Virus record (IMG/VR): IMGVR_UViG_3300009285_003054
Span: 1 to 24,725 of that record
Source: a virus
Strand: one strand, 5' to 3'
DNA length: 24,725 bases
Shown: positions 1-6,299 of the stretch, one piece after another
How positions within the stretch are numbered: position 1 is the first letter of the stretch
Layout: each line of letters opens with the position of its first letter
Program-made: the position numbers and the translations under genes
The notes under the pieces: model-generated
Told to the model about the DNA's origin: nothing
Database searches by the model: none
What the model saw: only the letters and a program-made list of their open reading frames with translations

Positions 1-204
1 ATTCCTGACTTGATTCCTGACTTGATTCCTGACTTGATCCCCGACTTGATTCCTGACTTGATTCCTGACTTGATCCCAGACTTGATCCCAGACTTGATCC
101 ACGACTTGATCCCCGACTTGATCTCCGACTTGATTCCTGACTTGATCCCCGACTTGATCTCCGACTTGATTCCTGACTTGATTCCCGACTTGATCCCTGA
201 CTTG
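1..204 (-). repeat. Coding 12-bp tandem repeat, at least 17 units (minus strand CAAGTCxxx(A/G)AT)
   Basis: GACTTG recurs every 12 nt from position 1 to 204. Variation is limited to the third codon (R/G/W/V) and the first base of the fourth codon (N/D). Confidence 0.97.
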
Positions 205-420
205 AACCAAGTATACACTGCCTAAACAGCCGGCAAACGGACTGTTTAGGTGGATCCATATCGCTGGTGGCTCAACTCCCGCGCACCGATACGCGCGGGA
301 GATGGCATCTCGACATCGACTGTCGATTGGCTCTGTGGATAGGCCAATGTCCAACCATTTTTGCCTAAAAGTTGGAAGAAGTGCTTCTTGTTCGGGTGTC
401 AAATGTTCAATCTTGGACAT
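1..420 (-). CDS. DUF6745-like phage protein with QV(R/G/W)(N/D) tetrapeptide repeats; 3' end lies outside the window; absent from the ORF track
   Basis: My translation from ATG at 420 is MSKIEHLTPEQEALLPTFRQKWLDIGLSTEPIDSRCRDAISRAYRCAGVEPPAIWIHLNSPFAGCLGSVYLV followed by 17 QVxN/D units, open to position 1. The LTPEQ...KW..IGLSTEP...SP N-terminus plus QVWD repeats is typical of DUF6745-associated proteins. The start overlaps the upstream gene's stop by 14 nt. Confidence 0.85.
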   Translation of the reverse strand, partial: MSKIEHLTPEQEALLPTFRQKWLDIGLSTEPIDSRCRDAISRAYRCAGVEPPAIWIHLNSPFAGCLGSVYLVQVRDQVGNQVRNQVGDQVGDQVRNQVGDQVGDQVVDQVWDQVWDQVRNQVRNQVGDQVRNQVRNQVRN

Positions 421-700
421 ATTGTATTCCTTCGGGTTTGTATTCTCGCTGCTGGGTGACTGCGTAGTCTCCGGGAGGGAGACTAATAGTTCCATGCTCA
501 GGATGATCGATGTAGGCATCTGCTTGCGCACTGATGAAGACATCGGCACCATCGCGAAAAACATGGGACGAATCACTACTCCTAAGTGCGTGGGCGTGAC
601 CTGTAGCTGTACCACGACGTAGAACTCTATCGTGATGTGGCACTGCCGTATCCGGTATCTTGGTCACCCGCCGGATCAAAATATCTCCTTGTCTGTACAT
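407..700 (-). CDS. Conserved 'RQGD...TGHxH...HxEH...QREY' small protein, the usual neighbour of DUF6745 genes
   Basis: Motifs MYRQGD, TGHAH, HPEHGTISLPPGDY and QQREY are present. ATG at 700 follows GAAAGGAA, so I prefer it to the ORF-track start at 724. Confidence 0.85.
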   Translation of the reverse strand: MYRQGDILIRRVTKIPDTAVPHHDRVLRRGTATGHAHALRSSDSSHVFRDGADVFISAQADAYIDHPEHGTISLPPGDYAVTQQREYKPEGIQYVQD

Positions 701-740
701 GTAATGTTTCCTTTCTATACTCACAGGCTAAGAACTACCG

Positions 741-941
741 CTAACCTTGTTGTACCGGTTCAAACGAACCGTGTGACGCCGCCCGATGCGTAGCTTCCGA
801 TACACCGTCCGGTGAGAAACCACACGCCAATGCCATCATTCGATTCACATCATCCCGAGGATGCCAACTCGAACTTCCATCCGCAAGACCAAGACGTCTT
901 TTCTGCAGAGAGTTCAACTTCACCCACCCACACTCACTCAC
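741..941 (-). CDS. Hypothetical protein (66 aa)
   Basis: Fills the gap in a co-directional minus-strand run and starts right after the stop of 942..1481, within a (GTGA)n run. No recognisable motif. Confidence 0.4.
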   Translation of the reverse strand: MSECGWVKLNSLQKRRLGLADGSSSWHPRDDVNRMMALACGFSPDGVSEATHRAASHGSFEPVQQG

Positions 942-1481
942 TCACTCACGGGCGAGTGCGTAGAGCCTCTGCGATGCCAACCGATTTGCTCCAGCCAAGT
1001 TTGTCCCTGGGGGGACCGAGAAACCCGCAGCCAGAGCTTTTACATCCTCTGCCCACCCGAATTGGATGAGGAAAGAGAAGTACCTGGTTGCATGCCACAT
1101 TACTATGCTAGACACATCGTAATCCGTAGTAACTACAGGAAGCATCTGGAATACATCTTTGCGCCACACATCTGCGTCCGGCGGGACATCTTTCTTGAGA
1201 TCAATCCCCACCCCAGTGTCAATCCACGATCTCGTCGTGTCTCGCGCATCAGCAATGATCACGTTGATACTGGCTACTGTGGTGTTGCGCTTGATTACTA
1301 CATCCACGCGGGCGAATCCTGCATGGATGGGTCGCATATCGTCGGACCAGTAGGGATAAACCAGGTATCTGAGTCTGGGATCACCCCCATGCGGACCCGT
1401 ATACAGACCAACCTCCAGCACCCAATCTCTCCCCGTCGCACCCTTGTACTTACCAAACATCAAACTGCTTGGCGGGAACAC
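942..1481 (-). CDS. Hypothetical protein, possibly the 3' part of an interrupted gene spanning 942..1631
   Basis: 179-aa ORF co-directional with its neighbours. It is in frame with 1485..1631 and separated from it only by TAG-TGG. Confidence 0.6.
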   Translation of the reverse strand: MFPPSSLMFGKYKGATGRDWVLEVGLYTGPHGGDPRLRYLVYPYWSDDMRPIHAGFARVDVVIKRNTTVASINVIIADARDTTRSWIDTGVGIDLKKDVPPDADVWRKDVFQMLPVVTTDYDVSSIVMWHATRYFSFLIQFGWAEDVKALAAGFSVPPGTNLAGANRLASQRLYALARE

Positions 1482-1484
1482 CCA

Positions 1485-1631
1485 CTAGCGTTTTCCAATG
1501 TATCCGGTTATAGTGCTTTGACCGCACACCTTCAGGGGTTCAATTCTACCAAAATGATCAAACACGGTTTGATCATCGAAAATCACAGGGTTCTTAACGA
1601 CATACCTCTCCAAAGACTCAAACCCCTTCAT
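1485..1631 (-). CDS. Small hypothetical protein (48 aa, MKGFESLERY...)
   Basis: Strong SD GGAGGAG (about 1641-1647) upstream of ATG at 1631, downstream of a sigma70-like promoter. Confidence 0.6.
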   Translation of the reverse strand: MKGFESLERYVVKNPVIFDDQTVFDHFGRIEPLKVCGQSTITGYIGKR

Positions 1632-1734
1632 TGTAGTAGCCTCCTCCGTTTTTTTGTTTCTGACCACTTGAGCCAACTTTACAGAAATCTCACTTTACTG
1701 AACCGTTAAGTGAATATCTGCAAAGTACAAATAT

Positions 1735-1763
1735 GGTATATCTACTTGCTGCTACAATGTCAA
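1735..1763 (-). promoter_or_regulatory. Sigma70-like promoter for the leftward operon
   Basis: TTGACA (1763-1758), 17-nt spacer, TATACC (1740-1735), with a T-rich UP-like tract upstream. The -10 element is imperfect. Confidence 0.6.
1750..1758 (+). promoter_or_regulatory. Extended -10 element, candidate promoter for the large ncRNA
   Basis: TGcTACAAT at 1750-1758 with no good -35. Predicted transcription start near 1765. Confidence 0.35.
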
Positions 1764-1789
1764 CAAAAAAAGAAAACATAGCAAAATCA

Positions 1790-3540
1790 GTATGCTTCCC
1801 GGTACACACCAACAAGTCACTAATGCAGATAAAGCATGATGGGAGCCATCAATTTAGCAACTCCCCCACCGAACCAAACTTGTGAAAGGAAAAATCGGGA
1901 ACACCAAACGTGGGGTGTATTGGGTACGTTTTCCACCCCTTGTTCCACCCTCGAAGGTCCTGGAGTTAGGATCCCCGGGTGGAGGAAAGCGACCGGGTGT
2001 TTATGCAACATCCGACCAGCGAGCCCTAATTGTAATTATGTTGCCGCCTTGGCCGCTAGCGTGATCATGTTGGGTGACAATGCCCCGTGGTGTTGGTCCT
2101 TCTGATTTGCGCCTAGCGCCGAAATAGCGTGTCGAAGCCTACACCGTGATGTCCACACACTCAACCCTCTTCTCCACCTCTCCACCGCAAGGTGCAACCG
2201 GTGATAACATAGGGATAACAAGGTGTGCATCTGGATATTATAAGACCCGGGAAGAATGCCACTGGCAACCCTGCTTAACTCGCTTTCGAGTTCTGGGAAG
2301 TCCTCTCGCTGACCCTGGGCCAGGCCGCAAGCCCCAGGTTGGACCGTAATCGGAACACCAATCTATGCGGGTGGCGATGCTGTTTTCTCCGTAATAGGGA
2401 AACGCTTTTAATTACGTCCCTCTAATTACGAAACGGGAGTTTTTAAGGTACCTTCGAGCCTATCTCCTGTTAGGACGGGATGGCCAGTCCGACCGGTCTC
2501 GCAATAAACAAAAACGTCTGACCCCCCTTCTCGTGAGGATCCGTGAGGTGTCATTCAATAGTAACCCGGTAGGTGCTCTGATGACAAAGAGCTTCTGGTA
2601 ATCCGGGATAAAAACTGGAAAGGTTCTCGATTCTGTATTCTGCGGGTAGCTACCCCGGAGAGGAGCGGAGACGGACATATGGTAATCCGGACCTGGTTGT
2701 CACTGGGCACCCGACAAAGTCTAGCTAGTCTCCCTTAGAAAAGATACCGGCTACGGTCTCGTCTCGGCTGGAACTAATAGTCAAAACCGCCAGCCTTGTC
2801 ACGTAAGCCTATGCGTGATGAACGTGGTATATGTTCACGGGTGGTAAGAGTAGGAGTAGGGCACTACGAGGTGCTAACTTGATGTTGTATAACAGCATCT
2901 GCAACCTCGGAAGTAGCAGGGACGCCATAGGAGGGATCCCCGCCCGGTTATCGTAGCAGGATACAGCACAACCGCCGTCGAGAACGAAGAATGGCTTAGC
3001 GAGAGCACATGGGGCAGGTACATAGTCCCTCGGGGATCCGTGAGTACCCCAGAAATTCTACTACAGGGAAAACGGAGAAAGAGCGTGACAAACCCGGCTT
3101 AGACACCGCCTGACTTGACAGCAGGCATATGAGATTCCGGTGCCTTTGATAAGGCGAATACGAGGTAGACTTGCTACCAGAATAACTCGAACTAGTTGAT
3201 GGGGTTCGTAACCTAATAGCAAGAGAACCTTCGGGAATCTTCCGGGGAGCATAACTTTCCTTGGCAGGACCCCTAATGGCTACAGCGTTTAGGAGTAGAC
3301 ACACGTAGCCATACCGATACAGCACTCTCTGCAACCAGCAAAGACGGGCAACCTTCACATTCTAGTAAGCAACCCACCCATACCCTTCTCTGATAATCCC
3401 CTTACTCTCTGGGATCCGAGGAGAAGCAAAAGAAGAGTGGACATCCTACTAAGAAGGATAACGTAAAACCGTTACAGAGTGCTTTCTAGGGATCCAGAAA
3501 GGAAAGGGATGGTAAGGGCGGGTTTTGTCTTCCCGGGGAT
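1790..3540 (+). ncRNA. Large structured non-coding RNA with an RNase P RNA (rnpB)-like core at about 1914-3107
   Basis: No convincing ORF over about 1.9 kb in an otherwise gene-dense region. Ordered RNase P-like elements: P2 1927-1943/3063-3074, P3 1944-1950/1977-1983, GAGGAAAG 1982-1989, P4 1987-1997/3093-3100, P5 1998-2001/2965-2968 followed by CAA, P7 2010-2013/2959-2962, and ACAAACCCGGCTTA 3088-3101. Many additional hairpins and long-range complementarities. Confidence 0.7.
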
Positions 3541-3620
3541 AATAGAGAATCTAATAGGGGATTGACTACTTGTTTAGTATCTTCTGGATCTCTGGTAGGT
3601 ATCGACACCATTTAGTCTAC

Positions 3621-4181
3621 TCAAAGGCTGGGGGTCAACCAGCCTTTGCATTTCAACGTGTTCACCGCAATTCCAATCTGGCGGGGGGTGAATTGTTTCT
3701 TGTGCTTCCACATGCACACACGGGTGACTATCTCATCCAGGCTGTCACATGGTTCGTGCTGTGTGATCCAATGTACAGTCACTAGAAGCTCTAGCCCAAA
3801 GGCCGACTCAAAACCTGATATCAGATCTGCCACACGTTCTACCCGGGCCATCGTTTCTGGATGCTGCTGCAGGATGGCTGTGGCATCCTCTATGGCACCG
3901 GGTATTAGATTGATGTGCCCGTCAGGTGCATGCCCTGCATAGCCAGAGACCATGTGGTATTCGATCATATGCATGGCATGCCACAAATTCTTCGTGTTGG
4001 GACCAAGCAATACCTTGTTGAACTTCAGGCGGAGCGGCTCACCAGCTATTTGAAGAAAGTATAGCAACTTGTATACTTCGAGCATGGTCACGAATGGGTC
4101 GAGTAGACCTCTCAGGTATGTGTCCATCAATTTCACCAAGGCAGCTCGTCCAGGCGTCATGGTGGGAACGGACGGTGCCAT
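3621..4181 (-). CDS. Stand-alone DarG antitoxin C-terminal (DarT-binding) domain with no macrodomain
   Basis: MTPGRAAL..LM..YL.GLLDPFVT.LEV.KL.YF.Q.AGEPLRL, GFES.FGLELL.TVHW and KQF.PRQI..A...L..KGWL match the C-terminal half of macrodomain-type DarG as I recall it. It has its own SD (CAGGAG) and ATG at 4181. No darT is present in the window. Confidence 0.8.
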   Translation of the reverse strand: MAPSVPTMTPGRAALVKLMDTYLRGLLDPFVTMLEVYKLLYFLQIAGEPLRLKFNKVLLGPNTKNLWHAMHMIEYHMVSGYAGHAPDGHINLIPGAIEDATAILQQHPETMARVERVADLISGFESAFGLELLVTVHWITQHEPCDSLDEIVTRVCMWKHKKQFTPRQIGIAVNTLKCKGWLTPSL

Positions 4182-4279
4182 GTAAGAGGCTCCTGTATGG
4201 GTTTTCCTGCTATTGTACTTCTACTACTATACTTCTATCTTTAGAGGATTGGCTTCGGGGGATAGGGATTGAGAAGGAT

Positions 4280-4319
4280 CCTGAAATGGATTGGGTGAGC
4301 CTGAAATGTATTTGGTGAG
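4280..4319. repeat. Intergenic 20-bp tandem duplication
   Basis: CCTGAAATGGATTGGGTGAG (4280-4299) and CCTGAAATGTATTTGGTGAG (4300-4319), 18/20 identical. Confidence 0.85.
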
Positions 4320-4364
4320 AATGTACCTGGCAAGATGGGAGTGGGTTAGGGGGCGACTGTCTGT

Positions 4365-5969
4365 CTACTTGTGGAATTTGAAGACCAAGTTGGCGACCGC
4401 GTCCCGGAGTGCGTCGCCTGCCTCTTTCCAACCTTCACTGTCCACGTACCAGCAGTTGTCGTCTTCACTGTCAAACAAGAAACCTGTGTTCTTCATGACC
4501 TTGCTGGTGAGCAGGGGGTTGAGCTCGGTAAGCTTCTTGCCACCATCAAGGCAGTAGAACACATCGGTGTCTACCTTCTTTTTGGTGTACCCCAGTACCA
4601 CCGGGGCATCCTCATCATCCCCGGAACCAGCACACTCATCCTCATCAGCATCCTCACACTCATCATCCCCGGAACCAGCACACTCATCCTCTTCCGCGTC
4701 ATCGTCATCCTCTTCGGTGGTGGGATCTTCCACCTTGGGTTGCTGCTTGCCAGCGCCCTTGGGCTTGCTGTCAGCCTTGGCTTCCGGAACGTCTACCATC
4801 TTGAGCTGCCCCCAACCAGCCGTCGCTAGCTGATTGTTGAGCTTTAACCAGGCGGTATCCCCGGTGGCTCCTTCGACCAACAGGCTGGTGGTATAGGCCA
4901 GCATCTCAGAAACTTTCCGGAATCCCCACTTGAGATCAGTGTTGATGTCTTTGAACGTCGCCGCCCCATCCTTGGCCCCGGCGTCAACCGCATCCTGCAT
5001 GAGCTTCTTCACTGCCTTGATGGCACTCTTCTGTGCCTTGCTCAGCTCAGCCACTGCCGGGGGGGCCGTCTCCTTCTTGGCCTTGGGCTCCGTCGGGTCC
5101 GGGGTGGTCTCTGCCTGGCCAGCCATGAGATTGACCAGCACTACCTCACACAGCAGTGCCGCGAGGTAGTAGTGCTTGTCCCGGAGCATACCGATGGTCT
5201 TGGACAACCCATCGGCGGTTGGGTTGATCAACCCTTTAAGCAGCAGGTACCCATCCTTCGGGGATCCCACACCCAGCCCCATGGTGGTGCACGCAGTCAT
5301 GATACCCTTCTTGTCCTTGTCCTTGCACAGCGCCTGGATGTGCTCCAGGGTGTAAGCGTCGGCGGGCACTTCGGGGAGCCCATTGGTGTCGGCGTCTTCC
5401 TCCAGCCCATCTTCAATGAGCTTGGCATCCTTAATGACAAAGCATATTTGTCCCACATCTGTTCCCTTCGGGATGACAATCCCTAGCCTCTTGGCCTCCT
5501 GCAGCATTTCCTTTATTTCAGTTGCTGTGGGCTTCTTGGCAGCTGTCTTACTCATGGTCCATTCTCCTTGCTGTTGTTGTGCTTGGCGTTCTGTTGTTGC
5601 ACCCTCGCCCTGGGCTTTACGCTCACCTGCACCTACCATTGTACCCGATTTGTTTCCGTTTGTCAAGCGATTTTTTTCAGCCGCAATGATTTTCTCGGCT
5701 TCCATCACGTCATCTGCTGGGAAGATACATGCATAAGCACACGTCCACTTTGATCCTACCTGACTACTTCTACCAGTACCTCTTTCCTCTACAGTTTCCA
5801 CTTTAACCGACTTACCATTGAATTTCAAGACCTTGGCCAATGTCCTTTCTCCATTGGGCATTCCGAAGAGAACTCGGTCATCTACCCGCACGTGCTGGGT
5901 TACACAGTGAAATGCATGTTCTGCTGCTTCATGTTGTACGGTTGCTTTGCAGAATGGACATTTGTACAT
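4365..5969 (-). CDS. Hypothetical multidomain protein: N-terminal CPFC...H..H zinc-finger-like motif, SH3/KOW-like beta domain, Lys/Ala-rich middle and acidic linker
   Basis: 534-aa ORF with SD AAGGAG at 5976-5981 and a consensus-like promoter upstream. A second AAGGAG plus in-frame ATG occurs at 5555. Confidence 0.85.
   Translation of the reverse strand: MYKCPFCKATVQHEAAEHAFHCVTQHVRVDDRVLFGMPNGERTLAKVLKFNGKSVKVETVEERGTGRSSQVGSKWTCAYACIFPADDVMEAEKIIAAEKNRLTNGNKSGTMVGAGERKAQGEGATTERQAQQQQGEWTMSKTAAKKPTATEIKEMLQEAKRLGIVIPKGTDVGQICFVIKDAKLIEDGLEEDADTNGLPEVPADAYTLEHIQALCKDKDKKGIMTACTTMGLGVGSPKDGYLLLKGLINPTADGLSKTIGMLRDKHYYLAALLCEVVLVNLMAGQAETTPDPTEPKAKKETAPPAVAELSKAQKSAIKAVKKLMQDAVDAGAKDGAATFKDINTDLKWGFRKVSEMLAYTTSLLVEGATGDTAWLKLNNQLATAGWGQLKMVDVPEAKADSKPKGAGKQQPKVEDPTTEEDDDDAEEDECAGSGDDECEDADEDECAGSGDDEDAPVVLGYTKKKVDTDVFYCLDGGKKLTELNPLLTSKVMKNTGFLFDSEDDNCWYVDSEGWKEAGDALRDAVANLVFKFHK
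4611..4691 (-). repeat. 33-bp direct repeat with 48-bp period, encoding EDECAGSGDDE twice
   Basis: CTCATCATCCCCGGAACCAGCACACTCATCCTC at 4611-4643 and 4659-4691. Confidence 0.9.
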
Positions 5970-5981
5970 TGCATGCTCCTT

Positions 5982-6003
5982 TGTTACATGGATGTTACAT
6001 GGA
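5982..6003. promoter_or_regulatory. Perfect 11-bp tandem repeat between promoter and RBS, a candidate operator
   Basis: TGTTACATGGA at 5982-5992 and 5993-6003, abutting the SD at 5976-5981. Confidence 0.45.
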
Positions 6004-6034
6004 ATCGTTTTCGGGGTTGCATTATGTGGGATAG

Positions 6035-6063
6035 AGTATAGCAGTAATTCGGGCGGATGTCAA
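6035..6063 (-). promoter_or_regulatory. Near-consensus sigma70 promoter
   Basis: TTGACA (6063-6058), 17-nt spacer, TATACT (6040-6035), upstream of the 534-aa gene. Confidence 0.85.
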
Positions 6064-6071
6064 GGGAATTC

Positions 6072-6293
6072 TTATTCTGGATCCAAGGCAGTGTGTTCTG
6101 GGCACAAGAGGGTGGCTTGCTTCTGACGCCATACCCAACCTTTCTTTTCTGCTCGTCGCGTGAGAGCATGATCAAATGGGTGAGTAGGTGATGGGGATCT
6201 ACCAGGCGAACACACCAATGTTCGCCTGGAGCACACCACGGGGATAGCGGCTTTGTATGACTGTGGTTCTACGCTCTTCGACACATATCTCAC
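6072..6293 (-). CDS. Small hypothetical protein with a GW...LCPEH metal-binding-like end
   Basis: Starts a few nt after the upstream stop (6300) and ends just before the promoter at 6063. The C..C/GW/CPEH pattern is common in small phage proteins. Confidence 0.5.
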   Translation of the reverse strand: MRYVSKSVEPQSYKAAIPVVCSRRTLVCSPGRSPSPTHPFDHALTRRAEKKGWVWRQKQATLLCPEHTALDPE

Positions 6294-6299
6294 TGTGGT

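Noticed and set aside
1-204. CRISPR array or replication iterons
   Set aside because: The units are contiguous 12-mers with no spacers and vary in a codon-wise pattern inside a CDS.
10-225. + strand ORF of IPDL repeats
   Set aside because: It is the antisense shadow of the minus-strand QVxD/N-repeat gene, which has a recognisable N-terminus and operon context.
221-250. Inverted repeat CCTAAACAG...CTGTTTAGG as a terminator
   Set aside because: It lies inside the minus-strand CDS and has no U-tract on either side.
861-1709. 282-aa + strand ORF
   Set aside because: It is antisense to a minus-strand run that has a promoter and strong SD, and it has no recognisable motif. It cannot be fully excluded.
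3017-3028. Group I intron S element-like sequence (GGTACATAGTCC)
   Set aside because: I found no upstream GACTA-type P7 partner and no interrupted host gene. The segment fits a P18-like hairpin of the RNase P-like model better.
1820-3358. Short ORFs (60-120 aa) on both strands in the non-coding island
   Set aside because: They overlap each other, lack convincing SD sites and motifs, and have atypical composition.
1790-3540. Group II intron, tRNA cluster, tmRNA or rRNA fragment
   Set aside because: I saw no domain V consensus, no cloverleaf with a proper T-arm and acceptor stem, and no tag ORF or rRNA signature. tRNAscan-SE and Rfam searches are still needed to exclude these formally.
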